A stretch of DNA of 64,000 nt from Octopus bimaculoides. Taxonomy: Eukaryota. The first letter of the stretch is position 1; each line of letters begins with the position of its first letter. The position numbers were made by a program, and so were the translations under genes. The notes beneath the pieces are model-generated. The model saw only the letters and a program-made list of their open reading frames with translations, did no database searches and had not been told where the DNA came from. Below, in pieces: positions 1-11,541 of the stretch. The stretch covers positions 77,991,850 through 78,055,849 of the forward strand of contig NC_068981.1 of NCBI RefSeq assembly GCF_001194135.2, written 5' to 3'.

Positions 1-19
1 TACAAATAACAAGGAAAAT

Positions 20-222
20 AAGCACAATATTTTGTCAGTGAACAGGTCGCGGTCTCAAAGCGACGAAAATATTTTGACAAATTAAATTTAAATGTTGAAG
101 TGAATCTAACGGATTTTGTGTGTTATTTTAAATGGCTTATAAACACCTTCCACGCTGCAATTGTTTTCGTTCCAGCACACGATCTCAGATCAGGTCACTT
201 GCTATGCAAGTGCATCTCCGTA
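20..222 (-). mobile_element. Unclassified interspersed repeat end (tacggagatgcacttgcatagcaagtgacctgatctgagatcgtg... on - strand)
   Basis: Resembles a common Octopus-type dispersed repeat I recognise; ends at TA; no ORF; class not determined. Confidence 0.45.
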
Positions 223-547
223 ATAAATAAATAGTTACCAGAGTAGCAAAAATTCACGTAAGTGCCAAGGATATTACAGTCTACTTATACAAGTAGTAAT
301 TCTAGGGTTAAGGTGAAATGTTTTTGTATAACGGATAAATGTTGTCGCTATTTCTTAATTTATCCATATATATACATACGCACACACTAGTACGCGCACG
401 CACGCACACACACACACACAAACACACACAACTTTATCAGAAGAGGAAATGCAGCGCATATGACCTTTGTACTCTTTGCTGCGCCTCCGTGACTAATGGG
501 TTGGAGGGGAGAAGTAGGAGGAGAGACGAATCACGACTTTCAGGGAG

Positions 548-581
<34 letters not shown>

Positions 582-764
582 TTATAATTGTTGGTTGTGA
601 GTCAATCCTATTACTGAAATTTGTGTTTGACATAAATAAATACTACGCAGTCTATTTAGCTGTTTAATCCATTTCAAATAATCTGTGGGTGAAATCAAAA
701 AAAAATCTTCTTTGTTTTACTGATCTCATCCTCTCAACTTGACCAACTTCTGGTTTCCTTATTG

Positions 765-850
765 TTGATGTTGTTGCTTAACCATCCTGTGTCAACACTG
801 ATCAAAACTGACCTATGGTCAAAAGTATACCACCAGGGACCGGCTCGTAT
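765..850 (-). mobile_element. Fragment of SINE-like family D (tail ...ggggctaaacaacaac)
   Basis: Similar to copies at 35655-35880, 53555-53815 and 60255-60410. Confidence 0.4.
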
Positions 851-933
851 CTATTTACCCTCTATGTACAAGGTAGCCAATACTACTTTATCCAACGAGT
901 CTTCTTCTTAACCAAACTGTATAGGCAATAATT

Positions 934-1049
934 CCCTGACGTCTATGTATCTTATACGACACATATGTCCAAGTTTTTGCCAACCTCCAGAATAACTTGG
1001 GACATATGAAAGGAAAGCTTTTTATTACTCAGAACGTATGACATCAGGG
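934..1049. mobile_element. Small degenerate fold-back element / MITE
   Basis: ccctgacgtc (934) vs gacatcaggg (1049); inner arms catatgtccaagtt / aacttgggacatatg. Confidence 0.35.
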
Positions 1050-1386
1050 CTAACCAGAAGTTTGAAAACAAGGATAGTCGTTTTGGACAAGCTTATAAAA
1101 ATGCTTTGGACAGACAAAGGATTGAACGATGTGATTTGAGGTTAGATTTGTCTGCTATCTAGCTCATTGTTGTTCAGTGTTGTTCAGATTGAGCAACAAG
1201 ATTTATAATATTACTTTTCAGAACTGCTCGTTACTGCTTTCCTAAATTCGGTTACTCGGGTTACTAAATTCGGGTTACTCGCTTATCTAACATTTTTAGT
1301 TTTGAACGTTAGAATCCGGTTGAACAGCATATAAAATTAACAACTCAATACAAATAAAAACTCACATACGAACAATATCCACATAG

Positions 1387-1389
<3 letters not shown>

Positions 1390-1482
<93 letters not shown>
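1390..1482. repeat. (GT)n microsatellite
   Basis: Pure dinucleotide run. Confidence 0.99.
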
Positions 1483-1484
<2 letters not shown>

Positions 1485-2178
1485 TTGTTGGTTATGGCTT
1501 GTCAGAAAGCTAGCATTGGTTTCACGTCAGAAATAGTAACTTTTTGACCAGCCACAACCAACGACTACATAAAATATTACTACTCAAAAAATGTATTCGA
1601 GTTGCTTTTATTTTTATTTATTTATTAATGTGTTTTTTATTATATTACATGTGTGTATCATTTCTCTGTAGCGTATACATTTATTATGATACACAAACGG
1701 CGATTTCAATGTATTGCTGTTTCAGTTGCGTACATAGAGTTTTTTTTTTCTTTCGACATCTCAGCAACCTTCCACAGTACCAGTGAATGTTTTATTGAAT
1801 ATTTCATATATATTGAAGCTCGGATTTTCGTTTAAACAGGTGACAATTGGTTGACAGACAAATCCGAGAACATTGCTGCTTTTTCTCCACTGCTAGCGCT
1901 CTGTAAAACGCCAACTTAGAAGTTCTATCGATCGTATTGTTCGACTGGTAAAGAGTTATGAGTGCAAGACAGCATTCCAAATACCAGGTTTAGTGGAGTT
2001 CCTATGACGTGATCATCTCAAGGAACACACAAATACATATTGATGTTTGTTTTTAATGTCGAGTTATAAAATAAAACAATTTTACTTTAAACCGAAGGAT
2101 TACTCAATACTTTGTGGAGCACATATTTATTATACATTTACCAGAAAAGTGGTGACAATGACTTCGAAGTTTCAGTCT

Positions 2179-2224
2179 GATAGTCCGATGAAGGCAAGCA
2201 GGCCGAAACTTTGAAGTCACTGTT
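2179..2224 (+). ncRNA. Minimal type-I hammerhead ribozyme motif, Penelope-like (best-preserved copy)
   Basis: Helix I gatagt/actgtt; core CCGAUGA+A; helix II ggc-aagcag-gcc; GAAAC; near-palindromic helix III acttTGaagt; GUC cleavage triplet at 2216-2218. Confidence 0.7.
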
Positions 2225-2248
2225 GCCACTCTTCTTGGAAAAGTATAA

Positions 2249-2258
2249 CACACACACA

Positions 2259-2326
<68 letters not shown>
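2249..2326. repeat. (CA)n microsatellite
   Basis: Near-pure run. Confidence 0.99.
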
Positions 2327-2329
<3 letters not shown>

Positions 2330-2899
2330 GCAGATTATATATTTATATGAACACAAATTAAAGAACTCAAACAGCTAAGTGTAAGTATCAGTCTGACAAG
2401 ATATTACCATAGACGCAGATGTGTGTGTATGTGGATTTATATGCGAGTGTGTGTTTATGTATGTACTTTGCTAATTGTTGCTTGACTACATACTAATCAC
2501 TAAATGGGATTTAGATTGTTTCTGTTAGGTTTAGTTCTGAGAAAGGGGTGGGGTGATTCTAGGCAGTTTGTTCGAGGACATGGCTAACTTATTTGAGGCA
2601 GACTTAATAACCTGTTGTTATATTACTTGTGGCTGTTGGCAATCTTCGTTTATTAATCCTTTGCTTCGTTAATCATCATCTTGTTTCATTCCCTAGATTT
2701 AACAATAAGCAAACAGCTAAATCTATGCATGCTTATTTATTTACTTGCAACATTTAAATACCAAGTTGTACCTGAATTTCTCTTTCTCTCTGTATTTCAG
2801 ACTGATCTGTACAAAGCTCACTGGTTTTCTGTATTCACTTGAGTACTGGAGTCGATTTAATCGGTTAGCTTGCTTCCCCCAAATTTTAGGCCTTATCCC

Positions 2900-3262
2900 T
2901 ATTCAGAACTCTCGATTTCTTTTATTCCAGCTATTTCTGTAACAGCGGATAGCTACCAGTTATCAAGGATCTCATGGGGTCTTCTTCCAACATCTAAATA
3001 TCAATCACATAATCCTCGCTGTCCTCAAGAAATAAGTTTTCTGAGCATGTTCTATCCTCATGTCAATCCTAATTTCTCCAACAAATTCCTCAAGCCTGGT
3101 TTTTGCTTTCAATGCCCCCACAACGCTACGTATCAATGCCTCAGTGCATTTTTTCAGATCACTTTTCTTCAGGTGTTGTTGTTGTCTTTCCTTTCCATTT
3201 CTCTGTGGTATTGCCCATGCATCACTTTCACTTCCCAGTTGTTTAATCTTTGCTCTCCAAGA
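2900..3262 (-). mobile_element. Internally deleted R4/Dong-like (REL-endonuclease) non-LTR retrotransposon, 3' part
   Basis: Translations include VMHGQYHREM, LKKSDLKKCTEALI and VVGALKAKTRLEEFVGEIRIDMRIEHAQKTYFLRTARIM, matching the MHGQ...LK.ETE.LI and VVGALG...QK..LLGTARIL motifs of this group. Confidence 0.7.
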
Positions 3263-3276
3263 AAGGAAAGATATAT

Positions 3277-3313
3277 AGTGTAACGTTTCGGATATTGTCC
3301 TTCGTCGGATACT
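3277..3313 (-). ncRNA. Degenerate minimal hammerhead motif (Penelope-like)
   Basis: - strand agtat CCGACGA A gga-caata-tcc GAAAC GUU acact; palindromic AACGUU helix III; one helix I mismatch. Confidence 0.5.
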
Positions 3314-3445
3314 TAGAGCAAGTCTAGGGAAAACTGGGAACAGAAGGAAGAGAGGAAAAGAAATAAAAATGAGTGCCAAAGAAAACACACGTTAGTCAGG
3401 TTTTCCTGTCTGTCTGTCTGTCTGTCTATTTATCTATCAATCTAT

Positions 3446-3446
<1 letters not shown>

Positions 3447-3508
<62 letters not shown>
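3447..3508. repeat. (CA)n microsatellite
   Basis: Pure run. Confidence 0.99.
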
Positions 3509-3512
<4 letters not shown>

Positions 3513-4042
3513 CTTCTTACCCTTTTTCCGCTTCTCTGCATCGACCGACATTCTTTCTATAGGTGTGTGTATATGTTGCTCTCTTGAATTATTAGTCACA
3601 TTTTAAATGCAAAGTTTATTTTAGAAAATGACAGCCGGTATTGACCTGCGAGAAAGGAAATTGGATTAATTTTATCGTAAACATGAAAAAAAATAGAAGT
3701 TACACTTAACTTCATCCTTGTCCTGTGGCAAGATGTGAAGTTAATGAGACTAGCATTTATCAGTAGTCACTTCCAATTTAGGATGTAAAAAACAAGAAAA
3801 ACGATAAACGACTCAGCAAGAGCTGAGTTTTCTTCTGAAGCTGTTTGTGTCTGTGTATGTATTCTTTTACTCCTCCTCACCCTCTCTCCTCTTATTTATG
3901 TATATACATATATGTATATACAAACACATACGCATGTACATATTCACACACACACACACACACACATACACACATATATATACGTTAAATGATGATATAT
4001 GCACATATGTATCTATAAGTAATAGATGCATTGTGTGTGTGT

Positions 4043-4262
4043 TGTTTAGTGGTAAGGGTATTAGCCTCATGATCGTAAGATTGTGGTTTCGATTCTTTAA
4101 CCTTGAGCCAAACACTTCATTTCACGGTGCTCAAGGCTATTCAGTTGGCAAAAATGGGCAATACTATGACGGACCGGCGTCCCGTCCAATGCTAAGTGTA
4201 TACAACCCGGGAACCGGGAAACCGCCCGTATGACTTTATGACTCGGGAAGGATCTTTATCCT
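4043..4262 (+). mobile_element. tRNA-derived SINE, family B
   Basis: A-box tttagtggtaag, B-box ggtttcgattc; body homologous to 9592-9845. Confidence 0.8.
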
Positions 4263-4263
4263 T

Positions 4264-4302
<39 letters not shown>

Positions 4303-4467
4303 ANNNNNNNNNNNNNNNNNNNNNNNNNNNNNNNNNNNNNNNNNNNNNNNNNNNNNNNNNNNNNNNNNNNNNNNNNNNNNNNNNNNNNNNNNNNNNNNNN
4401 NNNNNNNNNNNNNNNNNNNNNNNNNNNNNNNNNNNNNNNNNNNNNNNNNNNNNNNNNNNNNNNNNNN

Positions 4468-4592
4468 GGACTCGCGGTCATAAGATCGCGGTTTCGATTC
4501 CCAAACCGGGCGTTGTGACTGTTTATTGAGCGAAAACACCTAAAGCTCCATGAGGCTCCGGCAGGGGATGGTTGTGAACCCTACTGTATTCT
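4468..4592 (+). mobile_element. tRNA-derived SINE fragment (another family; 5' end in gap)
   Basis: B-box-like ggtttcgattccc followed by SINE-like body. Confidence 0.6.
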
Positions 4593-4597
4593 TTCAC

Positions 4598-4780
4598 CAC
4601 AACTGCGGTGGTTGGGGACAAACACAGAAACAAAGACACACACACATCTATGTACATCGGGCTTTTTTCAATTCCCGTTTACGACACCCACATATAAGCC
4701 CCTTCAGAAAGTGCCACGCAGTGGGACTGAACCCGGAACCATGTGGTTGGTAGGCAAGCTACTTACCACACAGCCACTAC
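4598..4780 (-). mobile_element. SINE family A, deleted copy
   Basis: Reverse complement of gtgtggtaagtagcttgcctaccaaccacatggttccgggttcagtccc... Confidence 0.8.
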
Positions 4781-4818
4781 TGTTATGTACCCACTGTAAT
4801 GCTGCAACTTCACTATGA

Positions 4819-5081
4819 CAGGGATTGATTCAGAGGCGAGTAGGGGATGCATCCCCACTACCATCAGCAACCAAGAAACTTTTCAAATTTGAATGTTTTG
4901 TTTAAACATATATGATGAAAAGCATATTTTTGTACTAGCAATAAACAACCCTTGAAGGGTTCATTATTAAAATTAATTCTTTCAGTATCTCTGAACAAAT
5001 TACACTGTCATTTCATTGATCAGTTGCAATAAATCAGACCTCGGATCCACACTCCACTAGAAATTTCTGGATCCACTCCTA
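4819..5081. mobile_element. hAT-type MITE
   Basis: Ends cagggattgattcag / ctggatccactccta; 8-bp TSD cactatga (4811-4818) / cactacga (5082-5089). Confidence 0.6.
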
Positions 5082-5226
5082 CACTACGATGCCCCAGTTT
5101 GACTATTCACTGTTCGGCCCCAGCAATTCATCAGGAAGCTACTTGGCCAATAATATCACAGTTCAGCTGGTGCAGTATTCTCAGATTTTGGTAGTATTGA
5201 ATGTAGACTTATACAGTACGTTTTTC

Positions 5227-5931
5227 GGATCTATTTTAAAACGGGGGCCACAGTTTTCATTAATGTTTTACGTAGTGTTTTTGGTACCGAAAGACTTTCA
5301 AACTTCGTATACTTATCTATTTTGTGTTATAGAACAGAATAATATTTTTGTATTCGAATTTATTTCATGTAAAAAATTGTCTTATTTCGATAATTTCAAC
5401 CAATCACTGACAAGTATTCAGTTGTTTATATTTACTCCTTTGGCTGATTAAGCGGTGTAAAGCGTATTTAATCTCCATAACTTCTGACATTTTTTTTGCT
5501 TCGTTTTATTTGCTTTTTTCATTTTAAATTTGCTTTTTTCATTTTCTTTTTTTTTTCTTCGTTNNNNNNNNNNAACCCTAACCCTAGGGTTAGGGTTGGG
5601 GTTAGCCTATAATAGAAAGGTTTATTAGCTACTGCCAATATGCTTCAGCCATTTTTTGACAAGGAAATAATAATTTTATCACCGATAGAATTGTTTCAGA
5701 ATCGTTTGTTTATGTAGTCGGCACTTAATGTATATCGGCTGAATGGACGTGAGTGATTGGTTGAAATTACAGAAATACGACAACTTTAACATGGAATAAC
5801 TTAGGGATTTCTTTTTTTTTTTTAAGAAGACTAAGAGAAAAAGATGTTTTATATGACACATTCTACCAGTGTTCCAAGTTTCAAAGTGTTTCGTTAAGAA
5901 AATACTGTGGCCCCCGTTTTAAAATAGATCC
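5227..5931. mobile_element. Fold-back MITE with GG-terminal TIRs and 8-bp TSD (Merlin- or MULE-type)
   Basis: Perfect 28-bp TIR ggatctattttaaaacgggggccacagt at 5227-5254 and 5904-5931; weaker inverted similarity further inside; TSD cgtttttc at 5219-5226 and 5932-5939. Confidence 0.8.
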
Positions 5932-6422
5932 CGTTTTTCCTCCCAGACAAAGGAAAAACTAAACTCCACAATAGGAGAATTATTGTGAGAAATACGGAAT
6001 AACATTTTATTACCCAGTCATACTTTGTAAAAATACCACATGAACATGACAACTCAAATAGAACAAAATAAAAATAAGATAAAGATTACCCATAAAAAAC
6101 ATTTCAATTATAAAATCCTGAAAATATTTTGCTTATTGCTACCATTTATAGAAATACCACACAAACATGATATCCCAAATAGAACAAAATAAAAAGAGAA
6201 CAAAGATTAAAATCTGCACAGCTGAAATATTACAAATAAGAAAACCTATTTTCATCTTCAAATCCTGTAAATATTTCACGTTATTACCATTTGTAAAACT
6301 TTCACAAGGACATGACAAAACAAACGTTACAACTAAATTACAGTGGAAAAGGATTAAAAAGTGTTTGCAGATCTTAAACGTACGAGTATAAGGAAAATAT
6401 TTCACTCTTCAAATCCTGAAAA

Positions 6423-7639
6423 CTAACTGCAGTCATCCATAGCCCCAAAACCAGAAAAATCATTAGGGCGGTCAATACTGTCCGACGTGTCACTAACTTC
6501 AAACAAAATGTCATCTTCTGTGTCATCTAATGCATTACTAACGTCAAGTTTTTAAAAAAAGTTTAATACCACTTCAATTTTCACAGTGTTCCATCATTTC
6601 AGGACCCACTCGCACATCTGAGCAATTGTTGGCCTTTCCAAACGACCTGTTGGTGTTAGGTCATGGTCCTTGGCTCTCATCCACTGATTTCACTCTTGTT
6701 TTATAAATGCCTTAAAAGGCTTGTTGATTGATATGCCCAGTGGTTGTAATTGACTTGTTAAACCACTAGGGATCACTGCCATTTTCGTTTTCAATTTTTG
6801 CACCCTTTCTTTAATAGCCTTTGTTTTGTGGGATGGATTTTTTTATAAAGAGGCCACCGGTACGCCTTGACCAGATCTTATCTAGCCATAACTTCACTCC
6901 CTCTTCATCCATCCACCCCTTTGGGTGGACGTGAACAAAAATTCCACGTAGAATTTTGTCTTTTGGCAAAGTTTTCCTCTTGAAAATAAGTGGCGGTGGC
7001 AGGTTTGTTCCATCAGCACAACACGATAGTAACGCAGTTTAATGGGTTTTCTCATGTCCAGATGTCTTTACACTTACGGTTTTGGACCCTTTAACATCCA
7101 CTGTTCTATTTGATATCACATCAAACGTTAGTAACACCTCATTTTTTTCCAATCTGACCCAGTTCGTAGTCAGTCTCTTTTCTTGCACTGATTATGAACC
7201 TGTGAAATTCGATTATTTCGTTATCATAATCTTCAGGCATTTTTTTGTGCTATTCTTGTTTTCATTCTCATTGCCAGTCCGTTCCTCTTCATAAATCTGT
7301 AACACCAGCTCGATCTGCCACGAAAATCATCCAGACCTCGTACTGCTGCCCTCACTTTTGATTCATTAATAATCATTTTTATTGATAGTGTAAGACCCGA
7401 ATTTCTCTCCCCAACTATCCACTCTTTCATCTTTTGCTCCAGTTCTGGCCACTTAGCTGCAGACTGATGCAGGCTTCAACAGGTCCTCTTGTTTCTTCCA
7501 GTAGCGGATCATTTTCTCAGTTGGTGGTGCTCCGAATTGCCTCTCTGCAGCCCTGTTGCCATGCTGTTTGGAATTTTCAATCACTTGTAGCTTGTAACCG
7601 ATTGCATAAGAGGATCGATCTTCTGCTTGAGGTTGCCAT
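6423..7639 (-). pseudogene. pogo/Tigger-family (POGK-like) transposase pseudogene
   Basis: N-terminal HTH (SSYAIGYKLQV...NRAAERQF), CENP-B/Tc5 HTH (SWCYRFMKRNGL), DDE_1 remnants (KGWMDEEG, SGLTSQLQPL..SINKPFK), acidic C-terminus (NALDDTEDDIL...FSGF); many stops and frameshifts. Confidence 0.9.
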
Positions 7640-8460
7640 AATAACAGTTGTGCTAAAAATTTTAATTTAAATCTTCTGAAATGACGGATCACTCCTACCA
7701 TAAGCAGGTCCAGGTTTGAATTTGTTAAGACCAATGCTTTCAGACATCAAGGAGGAGTCCTATGTTGCTGTCTGAACACAACACGTTTCATTACAGAAAG
7801 TAAGTGATGACTGAACGCAACACCTTTCATCACAGAAAGTGATTACGATAGTATTGTTATTAATATTTGCTTGTAAACCCCTTTAACATACTGAAGTTTT
7901 ACTTCTTTCGTCACTTAGCCCATTTTTACCCAGGTTAACCCTGTCGAAATTTTGAAGATAGTTATATAAGTAGGGATAACAAACATATGGAAGTGTCCAG
8001 TTAACCTTTATTGCAATAAATAAACCAAATACAATGGTTAAATAAATACAAGCGCTATTTGGTGTCTATTTAACCCTTATTGCAGTAAACAAACCAAATG
8101 CAACTGTCTTAAAACGAGGACAGTGGGTTAAAATGGGTTAATAATATTCCCTTAAAGTCAGGCTGTTTGATGAAGAAAGTGACAATATTGGCAATATAGA
8201 TACACATGTAAACTATCACTCGTCAGTTGCCTCTTCTAATATACACTGCCCATACTGGAATGAATTTTGTGATCGCGTATATTTTAAAAATATTATATTT
8301 TTGTTTTATTTACTACTTTAACAAAGTATAATTTATACGCTTCACTGGACGGTCATATACAGGGGTTCAGATTACTGTCTAGCATAGGTAATTTTCCTCT
8401 GGAGTTAGGATATACCTATGAAATGTGCAACCTTCTTCGGCCTCCAACACGCATGATAGA

Positions 8461-8484
8461 TTTTCGACTCCGGGAAATACGGTA
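8461..8484 (-). mobile_element. Possible pogo-type TIR end (TA-CCGTATTTCCCGG...)
   Basis: Resembles pogo TIR starts and lies upstream of the - strand transposase; partner TIR not found. Confidence 0.3.
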
Positions 8485-8509
8485 GATTTCTAAAATGTTG
8501 TAAAAACAT

Positions 8510-8838
8510 GGTTGCATGGGTAAGAAGTTTGCTTCGCAACCACATGGTTCCAGGTTCAGTTCCATGGTGTAGTAACTTAGTCTCGGGTCATAGTGAGTAA
8601 ATTTGGTAGATGGAAATTATGTGGAAGTCCGTTGTATTTATGTATTTGTTTGCGTTTGTTCTCTTCCAGCACTTGACAACCGGTATTTGTTTGTTTGAAT
8701 CCCCGGCAAAAGAGAACGATAAAATAAGCACTAGACCTAAATAAATATGTAATGGGATCGATTTGTTCGATTAACACTACAAGGTGGTGTTCCAGCATAG
8801 CCGCAGTTCAATGACTGAAACCAGTAAAAGAGTAAGAG
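8510..8838 (+). mobile_element. SINE family A
   Basis: aagaagtttgcttcgcaaccacatggttccaggttcagttcc...aatgactgaaaccagtaaaag. Confidence 0.85.
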
Positions 8839-9591
8839 ACAGTAAAGTTAATATTATGTTATTTAATGCAGTGATCATTAAAAAGGTTAATCATAAAACA
8901 GTTATGCACCGAGAGAAAATTACAGATGTGTAACTAATATTATTTTAATTATTTCAGCAAGTACAAGGGACAATTCCGTAAAATGTTCAGGGTTTATTTA
9001 ATATTCCTCAGCAATGCACTGACTTCATCTCGTATGCAGAAGTGATAATATAATCGTTAAGATGGTATACTGTACTCTAGTAGGCGTGAAATATTAGTTA
9101 TTTGATATAAAATAAATCACTGGTTTAATTAATCAGAAATGCCAGCTGCTTGAAGGCGTTAGTTACATATATGAATGTCTGAGTTTGCCGAGTCGAAATA
9201 CGTAAAGACGTTTATGCATACACAAAGTAAACTATTTAAATAAGTGAAGCAGGGTAACATAGAGCAGTACCCATGATCTTTGCCAGCACTCTCAGACCGG
9301 TGAGATTGATAAGTATCTACAAGGAAAATTTCCTAGGTATACGGAACAAAAAAGGACTGTTGCTATGAATCTTTACAGGGCTTCCAAGACTTGGCTCGAA
9401 TCCTTGCAACAGACTGGACGCCACTAAAGGCTCCCAGGCTGCCTGGCAGTGGTGTTAAACAGGCGACATATTATGTCTATCGCCCATTCTAAATGCGATA
9501 AGTGTATAATTGCCCCTGATAACCTCTAGGTTTAGTGTTAAGTTGGGCGCAGTGTTAGTCTCGTAATTGAATGAGCATATAGAGTTAAAGT

Positions 9592-9845
9592 GGAGGCACG
9601 TGGTTTAGTGGTTAGGGTGTCAGCATCATGATCGTAAGATTGTGGTTTCGATTCCTGGACCGGGCGACGCGTTGTGTTCTTGAGCAAAACATTTATTTCA
9701 CGTTGCTCCAGTCCACTCAGCTGGCAAAAATGAGTAACGCTGCGATGGACTAGCGTCCCGTCCAGCTGAGGAACACATACGCCATTGAAACCGGGAAACC
9801 GGGCCCATGAGCTTGGTTAGGCTTTAAAAGGGCGCATTTATTTAT
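9592..9845 (+). mobile_element. tRNA-derived SINE, family B (CpG-intact)
   Basis: ggaggcacgtggtttagtggttagg (A-box), ggtttcgattcc (B-box), (ATTT)n tail. Confidence 0.9.
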
Positions 9846-10782
9846 TATTATATAGAGTTAACTAAAATTTCGCTCTTTGAATCTTTTACTTCCTGTGAAG
9901 TGGATGTTGATTAATTTTAATTCGCCCTATATTTTAACACGTCAACATTTCGTAAAATATTTGTTTATAATAAATAATATTAGTGAAATGGAAGTGCATG
10001 TCCTCCATGTGGAGTAAAAGTCAGACGTGATACATTCATTATATCCGCTGCATATATTCATCATACTAGAATGCCTCTCATTTACGTACACTACTAGGTG
10101 GATAAGTGCGTCTGAAAATGGTGTATATTCAGTAACGTTAGTGGTATATGCACAGAGGATATGGGTTTGATATATTTCCGTTTAGCTCTGCTTATTTTCT
10201 TTCGTTTTAATCCTCTTCTTTTTTATTTATTACTATTTTTTTCTTGTTTCTGATTGCTAGTTTATTGCCATTTCACTCCATACGTCACGAATGCCAATGG
10301 GGGTAAAAGCATATGTAAAAATATTCATTAAAATGACGAGATCGTTGATTGATTGTATGAGAGTAACGGGTTGTGCGCACACTTGTACGCACGCACGCAC
10401 ACACACCAAACACACACACACACACAAATGCGCACACACATTAAAGGTGTAACTTTCTCCTACATTTTTTTAATATTCTATAAACGCCATAATAATATAT
10501 TGGAATTCAGTTTAGTCGAGATAGCAGACATTTCTCATACGCTGTCTTCGGGTTTACAACTGAGCGAAATGATAATGTTACCTGACTTTTAGCTCATGGG
10601 GCCGAAAGGCAGGAAAACGTGGGAGATCTGTTGCGAATTATCAAGCAGTATTCATATATGAGCACCATTGGATTCATGCATCCCTGGCATTTTGGCATAC
10701 AGATTACAAATTCTGGAGGGGAAGCACAAGTTAGTAAGTCCAGTTGCATTTATCTGTCTGTTTCATACTGCAACATGCAAAC

Positions 10783-10995
10783 GATAGCTGGCAGAATCGT
10801 TAGCACGCCGGGCGAAATGCTTACCGGTATTTTGTCTATCTTTACCTTCTGAGTTCAAATTCCGCCGATGTCGACTTTGCCTTTCATCCTTTCGGGGTCG
10901 ATAAATTAAGTACCAGTTGCGTACTAGGGTCGATCTAATCGACTGGCCCCCTCCCTAAAAAATTTCGAGCCATGTGCCTAGAGTAGAAAAGAATA
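10783..10995 (+). mobile_element. SINE family C (CpG-intact)
   Basis: gctggcagaatcgttagcacgccgggcgaaatgc...gagttcaaattcc...gtagaaaagaata. Confidence 0.9.
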
Positions 10996-11352
10996 TGCAA
11001 ACAATATCGTCGCTGGTGGCACAAGTTTCCAACTGATTGACGAGGAATTTTCAATCACGGTGCAAAGAGTTTTGTTAAAATATAAATAAAGGGAGATATA
11101 TTACTATAAATGTATATATATATACACGTGTGTGTGTAAAATGTATACGCAAACAATTACGCATTCACATACAGACAAGAAGACATTAAAAAACTATCCA
11201 CAGGCTTATAGTTAACTATAATATATACAGTTATAGCTGTTTATGTGCATGTTTACTTTTTTGTTATATTCATGTGTTTATATTATTTATGCTCGCGCGC
11301 ACACACACACCTATAATTTCTAATTCATACCTTCTTGCAGCTCCTACCTTTT

Positions 11353-11395
11353 ACTGCCTGACGAGCCATTTCCGGCAAAACTTCGAATCTGCAGT
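11353..11395 (+). ncRNA. Degenerate minimal hammerhead motif
   Basis: actgc CUGACGA gcc-atttcc-ggc AAAAC ttcgaa tct gcagt; perfect helices I and II; G12 and cleavage site mutated. Confidence 0.5.
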
Positions 11396-11477
11396 CACTT
11401 GAATTTCCGTCTAATAAAATATTTAGACTATACTCTTGTATCGATTCCTTTTTCAGTGAATGTTACCCGTTGTTGTA

Positions 11478-11479
<2 letters not shown>

Positions 11480-11540
<61 letters not shown>
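11480..11540. repeat. (CA)n microsatellite followed by (TACA)n
   Basis: Direct reading. Confidence 0.99.

Positions 11541-11541
<1 letters not shown>

Noticed and set aside
5574-5605. Interstitial telomere as a chromosome-fusion scar
   Set aside because: Orientation is (CCCTAA)-(TTAGGG), the reverse of an end-to-end fusion; only a few units are present and they lie inside a TSD-bounded MITE
8330-8484. Open frame of about 50 codons (…SLDGHIQGFRLLSSIGNFPLELGYTYEMCNLLR…)
   Set aside because: No recognisable homology or convincing splice pair; overlaps the probable pogo terminus on the opposite strand
9592-9665. tRNA genes at SINE heads
   Set aside because: A/B boxes are present but there is no intact cloverleaf, and they continue into SINE bodies
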